Shown piece after piece: positions 1 to 9,241 of a DNA stretch of 64,000 bases (position 1 is its first letter; each line of letters starts with the position of its first letter). Source of the stretch: Myxococcota bacterium (GTDB lineage: Bacteria > Myxococcota_A > UBA9160 > SMWR01); assembly GCA_036336695.1 (NCBI GenBank), contig JAYZFQ010000014.1, positions 3,585 through 67,584 on the forward strand. The letters run 5' to 3'. A program made the position numbers and the translations under genes. The notes beneath the pieces are model-generated. The model worked only from the letters and a program-made list of their open reading frames with translations, was not told the origin of the DNA and searched no databases.

Positions 1-1
1 T

Positions 2-532
2 CTGTCGTCGGCCGTCACCCCGACGTTCAATGGAACCCTGCCCGTTACGGGTCTGGTCCGGCTGTGTCTGGTCAGCACCGAGTGTACGCTCAGCGCGTCC
101 CTCGTCCTGACGACCCACACGGCGGGAAGCAGCACGGTCGGTATCGGCCTCGGCGGCCTGCTCACCATCAATATCCTGAACGGTTTCGCTCGGATTTCGG
201 TGCAGGCGAACCCCTGGTCGATCAAGACCAAGACCTCGATCGACGAGCAGACCACGCCGGTCAACCTCGCGAAGATCACCACGCCTGTTAGTTTCAACGG
301 CTGGGCGCATGACCCGGCATCCGGAACGACGAACACCGCCCAGGTGGGTGGCGTGGTTCAGCTGATCGCAGCGAACCAGGTCGCAACGAGCCTGACAGCG
401 GGTTCGAGCGCCAAGGTCGCTTCGGCGAACACGCTCCTGATCCGGCTCATCCCGGAACCGGGAATGCTCCTGATGCTCGGTTCGGGCATCGCGGGACTCG
501 TGCTGATCGGCCGCAAGCGCATGCGCAAGTAG
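2..532 (+). CDS. PEP-CTERM sorting-domain protein (3' part; 5' end lies outside the window)
   Basis: Frame 2 is open from the window edge. The C-terminus IPEPGMLLMLGSGIAGLVLIGRKRMRK has a PEP motif, a TM helix and a basic tail, which together form the exosortase sorting signal. Confidence 0.8.
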   Translation: MSSAVTPTFNGTLPVTGLVRLCLVSTECTLSASLVLTTHTAGSSTVGIGLGGLLTINILNGFARISVQANPWSIKTKTSIDEQTTPVNLAKITTPVSFNGWAHDPASGTTNTAQVGGVVQLIAANQVATSLTAGSSAKVASANTLLIRLIPEPGMLLMLGSGIAGLVLIGRKRMRK

Positions 533-568
533 CCACGGCACCGAGCCTGGCAACAGGCTGAGGTTCCA

Positions 569-607
569 GGGGCGGCTTTCCGCAAGGAAAGCCGCCCCTT
601 CTTTTTT
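569..607 (+). terminator. Rho-independent terminator after the PEP-CTERM gene
   Basis: Perfect 13-bp stem GGGGCGGCTTTCC / GGAAAGCCGCCCC with a GCAA loop, followed by TTCTTTTTT. It lies 37 nt after the TAG stop, between convergent genes. Confidence 0.85.
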
Positions 608-618
608 GGGGTTCCCGT

Positions 619-1590
619 TCAGGGTCCCGGGACCGGCCGTTCGAGTAATCCCCGCTCGGACAGGTACCCAGCGAAAACCCGCGAGACTTCACGGCTCGGG
701 TGCCAGACGTCGCCGCGACGCTCCTGGAAGGGCACCCCTTCTTCGAGTGCCTGCTCCAAGGGCGGCAGCAGGTCGTAGTGGCGGATCCCTTCCCGGTCCA
801 GGAACTGGAGCACGCGAAGACGCGCGAGCCGCTCCTGCGGCCGCCACTTTCCGGGGCGCTGCATCAGGGGAAGCACGAGCACCGTGAGGCGAACTCCCTC
901 CTCGCGGAGGGCATCCCGGAGCGCACGCAGGCTCTCGTGGACCTCTGCTGCCACGGCGGGGAAATCGCCGTCCGGCGAGGCCAGGCGACCGAGCCATAGG
1001 CGATACAGGCGCGAATGTTCGAAAAGCCACGGAGAGATGCGCCGCGTGGGCTGGTTGGGCGCAAAGACCACGACGCGGCCGGCCTCGTCCTCGAACGCGA
1101 TCGGGGTGGTCTCGTAGTCGTTGAGATGGAACGTGAGCACAACGTGGTCCGGATCCACTGCCGCGTTGTAGTCGAAGTAGTACGCAACCTCTTGCACGGT
1201 ATTGAACGACTCGACACCGGCGTTCCAGTATTCGAACTGGTCCTCGCCGTAAACCTCCGCAATCGCGTCCACGAGGGCTCGACGCGCCGTCACGGAGTCA
1301 CCGAGGAAGAGCACCCGCTCCTTCCCCGCAGGTTTCTCCAACGCGTACTCGTTGCGCTGGACGCCGTACTCGTCGTAGACCTCGTTGCCGAGCCTTGGGC
1401 GAAAACCGAAACGGGGATCCACGGTGAAGAGCTGGCCCCGGGCCGCACCTTCGCGAATCCAGGGCAGTTCCTCCGCCGCTCCGAACGCCTCGGAGTCCGG
1501 AGAGCGCCAACGCAGCAGCATTTCGGCCGCGGCCAGGACGACGCCCACCGAGAAGACGGCGAGCAGCAGCCGTGCCGCCAGGCGCCTCAA
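619..1590 (-). CDS. SGNH/GDSL-family hydrolase, membrane anchored
   Basis: N-terminal hydrophobic anchor LLLAVFSVGVVLAAA. Motifs FLGDSVT (block I), WNAGVESFN (block III) and GDVWHPS (DxxH block V). The TTG start forms a TTGA overlap with the stop of the upstream SDR gene. Confidence 0.75.
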   Translation of the reverse strand: MRRLAARLLLAVFSVGVVLAAAEMLLRWRSPDSEAFGAAEELPWIREGAARGQLFTVDPRFGFRPRLGNEVYDEYGVQRNEYALEKPAGKERVLFLGDSVTARRALVDAIAEVYGEDQFEYWNAGVESFNTVQEVAYYFDYNAAVDPDHVVLTFHLNDYETTPIAFEDEAGRVVVFAPNQPTRRISPWLFEHSRLYRLWLGRLASPDGDFPAVAAEVHESLRALRDALREEGVRLTVLVLPLMQRPGKWRPQERLARLRVLQFLDREGIRHYDLLPPLEQALEEGVPFQERRGDVWHPSREVSRVFAGYLSERGLLERPVPGP

Positions 1591-2354
1591 TGCGTGGTCC
1601 AGATCCCGCCGTCAACCGGGATCACGGCTCCCGTCACGTAGGCGCCCGCCCGAGAGGCGAGATAGATCGCAGCCCCGGCCATGTCATCGGGGCGCCCGAT
1701 GCGCTTCATGGGGCACCCCGCTGCAATGGAGTCGCCAAAACGATCCAACGTGGCCGCCATCATCTTGCTCTCGAACGGCCCGGGAGCGATGGCGTTCACC
1801 GTGATGCTGGGGGCCAGTCGCTTCGCCAACACCCGCGTCAGCTGGTGCACCGCCGCCTTGCTGCTCGAATAGGCGTAGGTCTCGAGCAAGGGCACCTGGA
1901 GGCCATCGATCGATCCGATGTTCAGGACCCGGGCGGGGTCCTCCTCGGTCGATGCGCTCTCGAGTTGCGGCACGAGCGCTCGGGTCAGGTGGAAAATCGA
2001 CTTGACGTTGAGCGCGAGCACCTTGTCCCAGGCCGCGTCCGGGTACTCGTCGAGCGGCGCGCCCCAGTTCGCCCCCGCGTTGTTCACCAGGACGTGAAGG
2101 GCCGGCTCGCGTTCGGCGAACTCGGACGCGAGGCGTCGACACTCGGCTTCTGTCGAGAGATCGGCCGGGAGGGAAATACAGGTACCCTCGGCCGACAGCG
2201 CCTCGGCAACCTCCTCGCAGACTTCCGCCTTGCGAGAAGAGATGTAGACCTTGGCGCCCTGCTCGACGAAGCCACGAGCGATCATCTCGCCGATCCCGCG
2301 CGACCCCCCGGTCACCAACACGACCTTTCCAGACACATCGAAAAGTCCGCCCAC
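1587..2354 (-). CDS. Short-chain dehydrogenase/reductase (FabG/RhlG-like)
   Basis: TGGSRGIG (TGxxxGxG), NNAG, YSSSK (YxxxK) and PGPF motifs; 255 aa. Confidence 0.9.
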   Translation of the reverse strand: MGGLFDVSGKVVLVTGGSRGIGEMIARGFVEQGAKVYISSRKAEVCEEVAEALSAEGTCISLPADLSTEAECRRLASEFAEREPALHVLVNNAGANWGAPLDEYPDAAWDKVLALNVKSIFHLTRALVPQLESASTEEDPARVLNIGSIDGLQVPLLETYAYSSSKAAVHQLTRVLAKRLAPSITVNAIAPGPFESKMMAATLDRFGDSIAAGCPMKRIGRPDDMAGAAIYLASRAGAYVTGAVIPVDGGIWTTH

Positions 2355-2438
2355 CGTCGCTTCTCCTCCACTTCCGAACCCGCCGGCTTCGGCCGTGCTT
2401 CGGGGTCGAGAGTCTACCGTCGGTGGGTCACCGGCGCG

Positions 2439-3713
2439 TCAGAGATCGGAGCGGAGCGGATGGGGCTTGCCGAAGAGCCAGCCTTGGCCGTAGGGGATGC
2501 CGAGGCGCCCCAGGGTCTCGAGTTCTTCGAGGGTATCGAGGCCTTCGGCAATGATCCGGGCATTGATCTGTTCGGAGACGGAGCGGAGGGCCCGCAGCAG
2601 CTCTTGCCGGGCCGGGTCCTCGTCGATTCCGGAGATGAAGGCACGATCGACCTTGATGAAGTCGGGGGAGAGTTCCATCACGGCCTCGAGGCTCGCGTAG
2701 CCCGCCCCGGTGTCGTCAAGGGCGATCCGAAACCCGAGCTTCCGGTAGTAGTCCCGCACCTCCCGGAAGATGTCGAAGTTTCCGATGGATTCCTGCTCCG
2801 AGATCTCGAACACGACGTCGGAGGGACGGAGACGGCACGCCTCCAGGGTCCGACCGAGCGCCTCCGCACGGAAGTTGGGGTCGTGGATCGTCGTCGGGCG
2901 CACATTGAGGAAAAGCATGGCACCGCCGGGCAGATCGCGGGCTCCATCCAAGCCGCTCTGCCGGCACAGGCAGTCGAGCTGGAAGAGCAGGTCCTGTTCG
3001 GATGCCGTGGCGAACAGGGCTGCGGGCGAGTGGAGATCTGTGCCCTCGGGCCCCCGCGCCAGGGCCTCGTACCCGAACACCGTCCGGGTGGTGACCTCGA
3101 CGATGGGTTCGTATACCGAGTGGACCCGACCGTCGAGAACGAGTTCGAACACTTGTTGCCGACGCCGGCGGGCGGCGATCCGTGCCGCGAGTCGTGCCTC
3201 GTCGCGTGCCTCGCTCAGCGCGGCGCTCACCTGGGAATCCACGCCAATCGTGGGGTTCCGCAGCGCGGCGCCGGAACCGATCTGGAGCGGCGGCGCGTGC
3301 TTCAGGTACGGATACCCGACGCGACCCCCTCGGCGGCCCAGGCCCTCCACCAGCGCCCGCTGGAGTTCGGGGAGCTCGCGCTTGTAGAACTCGGCTTCCG
3401 TCGACTCCCGGAAGACGATGATCAGGACCTCCTTGCGCCCGGTCTCTCCCAGCACCACGAGGTCGTTGACCGACAGGCGCGCGCCGATGAGGTCCTGGAC
3501 CAGCGCAACCAGGTCGGACATCGCACGCTGGTGGGCCTCGACCCCGTATTGCTGTTCGATCACCGAAAGCCGGGAGGCGTCTACGGCGACGACGCCGAGG
3601 GCGCCCACGAGGTCGAAATGTGTCGCGACCTGGGGAAGCACCTCGCCGAAGCTCGGAACCGTCCGCAGCGCGCCGCCGGGCGCGCCCGGGCGATCGTGTG
3701 ATCCCCTCTGCAT
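2439..3713 (-). CDS. EAL-domain c-di-GMP phosphodiesterase with a degenerate GGDEF-like N-terminal domain
   Basis: EAL motifs FGYEALARG, EISE, ALDDTGAGYASL, IKVDR, AEGLDT and GQGWLFG. The N-terminal half resembles a GGDEF fold, but the active-site position reads LGETGRKEV. Confidence 0.85.
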   Translation of the reverse strand: MQRGSHDRPGAPGGALRTVPSFGEVLPQVATHFDLVGALGVVAVDASRLSVIEQQYGVEAHQRAMSDLVALVQDLIGARLSVNDLVVLGETGRKEVLIIVFRESTEAEFYKRELPELQRALVEGLGRRGGRVGYPYLKHAPPLQIGSGAALRNPTIGVDSQVSAALSEARDEARLAARIAARRRRQQVFELVLDGRVHSVYEPIVEVTTRTVFGYEALARGPEGTDLHSPAALFATASEQDLLFQLDCLCRQSGLDGARDLPGGAMLFLNVRPTTIHDPNFRAEALGRTLEACRLRPSDVVFEISEQESIGNFDIFREVRDYYRKLGFRIALDDTGAGYASLEAVMELSPDFIKVDRAFISGIDEDPARQELLRALRSVSEQINARIIAEGLDTLEELETLGRLGIPYGQGWLFGKPHPLRSDL

Positions 3714-3764
3714 CTACGGCCCATCGGCAGGATGGCGACACGCCGTGAGCCTTCCCCTCGGGGA

Positions 3765-4013
3765 TCACTTTTCTTCCAGGATGGACAGGACGCGGTTGGG
3801 GCAATACCGGACCGCAGCCAGGACTTGCGCCCGCAGCACGTCGGGAGGCTCGGCCTGGAGGAGTTCCACACGGGCATAACCCCCCGCACGCTCCCGCACG
3901 CGAAACACCGTGGGAGCCTCCTCCTGGCACACGGCGTGGCCCTGGCAGAGTTCGAGGTCGACGACGATCCGCACGGGGGGGCTCACGAACGGCGGCGGTA
4001 CCGCAGCCGGCAC
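3765..4013 (-). CDS. Small 3Fe-4S ferredoxin (P450 redox partner)
   Basis: VDLELCQGHAVCQEEAP...VRYCPNRVLS matches the CxxHxxC...CP pattern of P450-associated ferredoxins. The ATG at 4013 overlaps cyp51 by 31 nt. A GTG at 3974, 8 nt after the cyp51 stop, would give 69 aa and is equally plausible. Confidence 0.8.
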   Translation of the reverse strand: MPAAVPPPFVSPPVRIVVDLELCQGHAVCQEEAPTVFRVRERAGGYARVELLQAEPPDVLRAQVLAAVRYCPNRVLSILEEK

Positions 4014-5329
4014 GGCTCGGTCGTCCGGAGAATGAGCGACGGCATCGCCTCGCGGTAGCTATCGGCGGGGTCGACCAGCTCGAACTCGTAGCGCTGGAGC
4101 AGCGCGCAGAAGACGGCCTTCACCTGGAGCAGGGCAAAGGCATTTCCGACGCACTTCCGACGACCGCCGCCGAACGGGATGTAGGCAAATACGTCGTCCG
4201 GGAAGGACCGGTCGGGGTCGAAGCACTCGGGCTCCGGGTAGAGATCCGGCATCCGATGGGCCACGTAGGGAGAGACAACAACGGTTTCGCCCGCCGGAAT
4301 CGTGAGACCGCGGAAGTCGAAGTCGCGCTTCACCAGCCGCATCAAGGTCACCAGCGGCGGGTGAAGGCGCAACACTTCAAAGAGAAACCGTTCCAGTCGC
4401 GGAATCTCACGCAGCGCTGCGAAGCTGAGCTCGTCTCCCCCCGCAAAGATTCCCTCGACCTCTCTCGCAATCTTCTCAGCATGATCCGGGTGGCGGGCAA
4501 GTTCCACGAGGGTCCAGGTCGAGGTGTTCGAACTCGTGTGGTGACCCGCGAACATGATCCATATCACCATCCCCACGATTTCGTCTTCGCTGAGCGGTCT
4601 GCCGTCGGTGTAGGTCGCCCGCAGGAAGGACTGGAGCATATCGGGGTGCTCCCCGGCGCCCGAACGTCGCTCCCGAACCACCTCGGTGATGATCTCGGAG
4701 AGCCGACGGCGCGCGGCATCGCGGCGAGCGAAAACCTCCTCCTGGCCGTAGGGGTCCAGGATCGACGCCGGCGACACCGCCATCTCCAGGTCGTGGAAGA
4801 GCGCCCCGAACTCCCCCGTCAACTTCGAACGGAATTCCGGTCCCATCAGGCAGTGCGTCGACGTCCGGAGAACCAGTTCCTTGAACTCGTCGTAGAAGTC
4901 CTTTTCGCCGGCATCGCCCCAGTCGGCGATCCGGCGCTCCACTTCCCCTGCGACGATTTCGGCGTACCCCCTCATGAGCCGCGGCGTCAGGGCATTGGAC
5001 TGCATCTTCACCTGCTGGCGCTCGACAGCGACGGGCGCTCCAAACTGGATGCCCTCGCCGAAGACGGGGACCATGTACGCGTAGGGCTCGGACGGGGAGA
5101 GCTGCTCGTCGGGCGCGCGGAATACCGCCTCGTGGGCGGCCGGGCCGACCAGGAGCACGTTCGTGCTGCCCCCGAGATCGAACTCGGCCACTTCGCCACA
5201 CTCTTCCCAGGCGCGCAGCATGAAACGCGCGGGGTTGGCCAGGAACTCCTCGAAGTGTCCGGTTCCGGGCTTGGCGCCGCTCACCACCCGACGAACCGGG
5301 TCCGCCATCGACGTCCTCTGCTCGGACAC
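3983..5329 (-). CDS. cyp51: Cytochrome P450, CYP51 (sterol 14-alpha-demethylase) family
   Basis: Heme loop FGGGRRKCVGNAFA, ExxR (EVLR), I-helix MFAGHHTSS and B'-C region YMVPVFGEGIQF. Also GHFEEF, RIADWGDAGE, LRLHPPL, YEFEL and a C-terminal RLRYRRR. As I recall it, M. tuberculosis CYP51 has near-identical strings at these positions. Confidence 0.85.
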   Translation of the reverse strand: MSEQRTSMADPVRRVVSGAKPGTGHFEEFLANPARFMLRAWEECGEVAEFDLGGSTNVLLVGPAAHEAVFRAPDEQLSPSEPYAYMVPVFGEGIQFGAPVAVERQQVKMQSNALTPRLMRGYAEIVAGEVERRIADWGDAGEKDFYDEFKELVLRTSTHCLMGPEFRSKLTGEFGALFHDLEMAVSPASILDPYGQEEVFARRDAARRRLSEIITEVVRERRSGAGEHPDMLQSFLRATYTDGRPLSEDEIVGMVIWIMFAGHHTSSNTSTWTLVELARHPDHAEKIAREVEGIFAGGDELSFAALREIPRLERFLFEVLRLHPPLVTLMRLVKRDFDFRGLTIPAGETVVVSPYVAHRMPDLYPEPECFDPDRSFPDDVFAYIPFGGGRRKCVGNAFALLQVKAVFCALLQRYEFELVDPADSYREAMPSLILRTTEPCRLRYRRRS

Positions 5330-5356
5330 CTTTCCCCCGCGCGGCTCGCCCGGCGC

Positions 5357-6628
5357 CTAGCCGGTGCTCGCACCCATCGCTTCGAGCACGTTCGCTCGGT
5401 GGCCCAACGTATGGGCGATCCCCGAGAGCAGGCCGAAGGCACGGCCCACGAGGACGAAGTCCGACGGAACGCGCACCACGGGGTTCTCCCGGATCGCCTC
5501 GAAGAGTTCGTCTGTCATCTCCTCGGTGAACTCGCCCTCGAAACGACCCTTATCGCTCCGAGAAACCATCCTCTCGGCAATCGTGACGAACGTGTCCGAT
5601 GAGCCGGTCTTCGTCTCGAAACCCAGCTCTTCGAACGCACGGATCATCGCGGCCCGGTTGAGCGTCATCATCGAGAACATGAGTTCGAAAAGTCCGAGGC
5701 CGAAACCTTCGGGAAGTTCCTTGCAGAGTCCGAAATCCATCAGGACGAGCTGGCCGTTCGGGCGCACGAAGATGTTTCCGGGGTGCGGGTCGGCCTGGAA
5801 GAAACCCTCTCCCATGATCATGCGGACGAAAACATGCATCAGGTCCTGAACCACACGAGCCGGATCCAAGCCGGCGGCTTCGAGCGCCGCCTTGTCGCTG
5901 ACACGGATCCCATCGACCAGTTCCATGACGAGGATCCGAGAAGTGGACCACTCGCGGTAGACCTCGGGTACGACCACCTTGCGGTCGTCCTGGAATAGTC
6001 GTCGGATGTGGTCCGCACTGTCGGCTTCCCGCCGGAAGTCGAGTTCGAAGCCGATGTGACGGGTGAGTTCACTGAGCAGCGGCAACAACTCGAGGGGCTG
6101 GGAGTCGAACCGCTCGTAGACGGAGCAGACCCGGTGCATGTTCGCAAGATCCGTGCGCACGATGTCTTCGATGTCCGGGTATTGGACCTTCACCGCCACA
6201 GCGCGTCCATCCTGCAACCGCGCGCGATGCACCTGGGCGAGGGACGCCGACGCCAGGGGCACGCGCTCGAACTCGCTGAAGACCGCATCGAGGGGCTTGC
6301 CGAGTTCGCGCTCCACCGCCGACGACACGGTCTCCCAGTCCTTGGGGGGCACTGCGTCGTGGCACTGCTTCAGTGTGTCGATGAAGGCGGGCGGAAACAC
6401 GTCGGAACGCGTTGCGACCGCCTGGCATAGCTTGATGATCACACCGCGCATCGAGAGGGCGGTGGACAACACGAGCCGCGCCGCGCGTTCGTGGGTCCGG
6501 GTGCGGTCCGCCGGCGAGGGCCGGCGGGCCAGGCGGCGCGCGTAGGCCGGAAACCGATACAGGGCCCAGACCGAGGCGGCGGTGGCTCCCACCCGCAACG
6601 AGCGGCGGATTCTCGTGACCGGGTGCAT
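5357..6628 (-). CDS. ABC1/UbiB-family atypical protein kinase
   Basis: VAVKVQYPDIE, ELDFRREA, LVMELVDG, FFQADPHPGNIFV and LMDFGL. The ATG at 6628 shares one base with the upstream TGA (TGATG). The 617-aa ORF in the track is an Arg/Gly-rich 5' over-extension. Confidence 0.85.
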   Translation of the reverse strand: MHPVTRIRRSLRVGATAASVWALYRFPAYARRLARRPSPADRTRTHERAARLVLSTALSMRGVIIKLCQAVATRSDVFPPAFIDTLKQCHDAVPPKDWETVSSAVERELGKPLDAVFSEFERVPLASASLAQVHRARLQDGRAVAVKVQYPDIEDIVRTDLANMHRVCSVYERFDSQPLELLPLLSELTRHIGFELDFRREADSADHIRRLFQDDRKVVVPEVYREWSTSRILVMELVDGIRVSDKAALEAAGLDPARVVQDLMHVFVRMIMGEGFFQADPHPGNIFVRPNGQLVLMDFGLCKELPEGFGLGLFELMFSMMTLNRAAMIRAFEELGFETKTGSSDTFVTIAERMVSRSDKGRFEGEFTEEMTDELFEAIRENPVVRVPSDFVLVGRAFGLLSGIAHTLGHRANVLEAMGASTG

Positions 6629-7710
6629 CAGGCGCTCGGCGCGATGGACTCGAAACCGGTCCGGCTCGGCGGTTGCCAGACTGACTCGAGGGCATCGAAC
6701 CGCTCGTGCACCTCGGCCGGGCGCCGTGCGTTCTCGAGGGCGCGGGCCAGCCCCTCGCGTGCATCGTTCCGCTGCTCCTGGGGACGCTCGGTAGTCAACG
6801 TGTGCAGAACCCGGTGCAGCAGTCCATCGACGACGGTCCGCCCGGAAAACTCGCCGCCATCCACGGCACGCAGTGTGCGCGATCGTACTTCGGTGAGTGC
6901 CGTGCGCAGGTACTCGACATGGGGCGACTCGTCGGCGCGCACGTGACGCACCATCGCGGCCGCTTCCTCTGGCGCCGCCGAAACTTCCGGGTCCGACAAG
7001 AGCTGCTCGCCCCAGTCGAACGTCCCGTTCGCGAAGACTTCGACGACGAAGACCTGCGCCATCGTCGAGAGCAGCCGCTCGAGTTTCTCGTCGATCTGGG
7101 GAAACGCGCGTTCGCGGCTGCGCGTCCCCCCCCGGCGCCCCATCAAGCGCAGCAAGACGTCGCCCGGCACCTTGGGGTTTTCCAGCGCGAGGTCCCGGGC
7201 GGCCTCCCACATCTGCTTGTGACCGCCCTCGTCCCGGTACCCGGACTCGTCTCGGGCGTGGGCTTCGAACAGCCCCCCGTCCAGGTGAGCGAGGGCAGTG
7301 CCATCGATCGGCTCCACGACGAGCGCACGCAGGTCCGGGACTTCTACGTCGCGAATGATCGCACCGAAACCCTCGATGATCGAAATCAACGTCAGCGCAC
7401 GCACGATCGGTTCACGCACGCCCTCCCGGAGCAGGAGCTTGGCCTGTTCCAGATTGGGATACTGGGGCGGCATCAAGGCCGGGGAGAGTTCGACCAGGTC
7501 GGCACCTTCATCGCGAAGGCGCGCCTGCCAGGCCCGGATCGCAGGGGCCCGGTGCAGGGTTCGCGGTGATCGATATCGGCCGTCTGCGTCGAAGCCGCCG
7601 TGACAGCGAACCTCTCCTGCAACCAGCGGTGCGTCATAGTCGCCGCTCTGCAGTAGCTCGGCCTCCGAGAAAACGAGCCTCTCGTCAGCGGCGGTCGGGG
7701 ATGTACTCAT
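6628..7710 (-). CDS. Hypothetical protein with a duplicated E...DExxH signature (putative diiron-carboxylate / ferritin-like fold)
   Basis: 360-aa acidic ORF with coding-like G/C third positions. It has IIEGF...(47 aa)...RDEGGH and VVEVF...(36 aa)...ADESPH, two E-x(n)-DExxH pairs. I do not recognise a family with confidence. Confidence 0.55.
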   Translation of the reverse strand: MSTSPTAADERLVFSEAELLQSGDYDAPLVAGEVRCHGGFDADGRYRSPRTLHRAPAIRAWQARLRDEGADLVELSPALMPPQYPNLEQAKLLLREGVREPIVRALTLISIIEGFGAIIRDVEVPDLRALVVEPIDGTALAHLDGGLFEAHARDESGYRDEGGHKQMWEAARDLALENPKVPGDVLLRLMGRRGGTRSRERAFPQIDEKLERLLSTMAQVFVVEVFANGTFDWGEQLLSDPEVSAAPEEAAAMVRHVRADESPHVEYLRTALTEVRSRTLRAVDGGEFSGRTVVDGLLHRVLHTLTTERPQEQRNDAREGLARALENARRPAEVHERFDALESVWQPPSRTGFESIAPSA

Positions 7711-7783
7711 TGGGCCAACTCCCTACGGGCGCACGTGAGTGATTGTAACCCGCGCCAAGGCGTCCCTGGCTCCCCTGGGAGGC

Positions 7784-8344
7784 TCAGTGAACGCCGCGGC
7801 TGGGAATCAGGGTCGAGGGGTCGATCCCCATGCTGTGCAACACGTGGTTCCACATCACCGAAGGGTTCACCTCGAACACGACATCGCGCGTCAACGGAGC
7901 GATCAGCCAGGCCCCCTCCGAGAGTTCCGCTTCGAGTTGTCCCGGGCCCCAGCCGGCGTAGCCGAGGAGCAGGTGAAGATCGGGCGGCGGGCGGCTGACC
8001 ACCTGGCGCAGGACATCGAGCGATCCGGCGAAGCGAATGCCCTCGCCCACCTGCTTGACGTCCTCGCCATCCGCCACGGGAATTTCGGAGTCGAAGACGA
8101 GCCAGCCCGTCTGCGGTTGGACCGGGCCGCCCCACCCGATCGGCTTCGCCGGGGGGCCGCCCCAGTCGAGGTCGAGGGAGGCGCAGAGACCGACGGCACT
8201 CAGTTCCGTACCGCGGTTGAGCACCACGCCGAAGGTCCCGTCCTCGTCGTGGTGCACGAGCATGACTACGGTACGCCGAAAGTTCGGGTCCCGAAGTTGG
8301 GGCATGGCGATCAACAGGGAGGATTCGAGGGAGGACGCCACCAA
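7784..8344 (-). CDS. YqgE/AlgH family protein (UPF0301)
   Basis: LLIAMPQLRDPNFRRTVVMLVHHDEDGTFGVVLNR matches the conserved N-terminus of this family. The start is TTG or GTG. Confidence 0.8.
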   Translation of the reverse strand: MVASSLESSLLIAMPQLRDPNFRRTVVMLVHHDEDGTFGVVLNRGTELSAVGLCASLDLDWGGPPAKPIGWGGPVQPQTGWLVFDSEIPVADGEDVKQVGEGIRFAGSLDVLRQVVSRPPPDLHLLLGYAGWGPGQLEAELSEGAWLIAPLTRDVVFEVNPSVMWNHVLHSMGIDPSTLIPSRGVH

Positions 8345-8385
8345 GGCAAAGGGTAGCAGGCTAGGAAGACCCGGCGACGGACCCT

Positions 8386-9210
8386 ATGCTGGCGAGCGCG
8401 ATGTCTTCCCGACGAGGATCGACCGAGTCGGAGCGGCGCGCGGTGCGGTCGATCGCGATCTGCGCGGCCGCCGCCGCCACCGGAATCGCCCTCTACGCCG
8501 CCGGCCTGGGCGGTGCGCCGAGCCTCCGCGCACTCGGGCTGGGCTCCCTCGGGATCGAGCTCTTTCTCGGCGCCCTCGCCGTCGCGGGTGCGTCGTTCTC
8601 CGGAGGCCCGGTCGCCGCACGGCTCGGCCTGGGACCTGGTCACCTGCACGGCGCGCGCACCGTCGCCCTCGTGGTCGGAACGCTCGCTCTGTCCTTTGCA
8701 CTCGACGGCCTCCTGGAAATCACCCAGTGGCGCGCGGAATCGCCCCTGCCCGACCTCGAGGCGCGCCTCGCAGGCGCTCGGGGCGCCGACCTCGTACTCG
8801 CCATCGCGGCGATCGGAATCGCCCCGGCGATCGGCGAAGAACTCCTGTGCCGCGGCCTGGTCCAGCGTGGCCTCCAGCCGCTCCTCGGCCCGGTCGCGGC
8901 CGTGTCGATCGCCGCCCTCCTGTTCGGAGCCCTGCACGGCAACCCCGTACACGGGCTCGCCGCGGGACTCCTGGGCCTGTACCTGGGCGCCGTGGCCGTG
9001 ATTGCGGACAGCACCCGTCCCGCGATCCTGTGCCACGGCGCCAACAACGTCGTCGCCGTCGGCGTCGCAGCCCTGTGGCCCGGACTCGCCGGACCGGGGT
9101 GGGTCGGGGTGGTTGCGGGCCTCGCCGTGGCCGGGTTCTGCCTCCGGTTTGGCTGGCCCCCTACCCCCCGCGGGGGCCTACAGGTGGAGCCCGGTTCGGA
9201 CGACCCGTAG
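8386..9210 (+). CDS. CPBP (CAAX-type) intramembrane metalloprotease
   Basis: Multi-TM protein with EELLCRG (EExxxR), FGALHG (FxxxH) and HGANN. Confidence 0.8.
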   Translation: MLASAMSSRRGSTESERRAVRSIAICAAAAATGIALYAAGLGGAPSLRALGLGSLGIELFLGALAVAGASFSGGPVAARLGLGPGHLHGARTVALVVGTLALSFALDGLLEITQWRAESPLPDLEARLAGARGADLVLAIAAIGIAPAIGEELLCRGLVQRGLQPLLGPVAAVSIAALLFGALHGNPVHGLAAGLLGLYLGAVAVIADSTRPAILCHGANNVVAVGVAALWPGLAGPGWVGVVAGLAVAGFCLRFGWPPTPRGGLQVEPGSDDP

Positions 9211-9241
9211 GGAGGCCCTCCGACGGGGGCAAGGAGCGTCC

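Noticed and set aside
1572-3701. 709-aa plus-strand ORF
   Set aside because: It runs antisense to the well-supported SDR and EAL genes. The translation is Arg/Gly/Pro/His-rich low-complexity sequence typical of shadow ORFs in GC-rich DNA, with no motifs.
6629-7210. N-terminal 194-codon extension of the ABC1 kinase ORF (617 aa in the track)
   Set aside because: The extension overlaps the 360-aa upstream gene in another frame and is Arg/Gly-rich. The ATG at 6628 gives a normal ABC1 N-terminus and a TGATG coupling junction.
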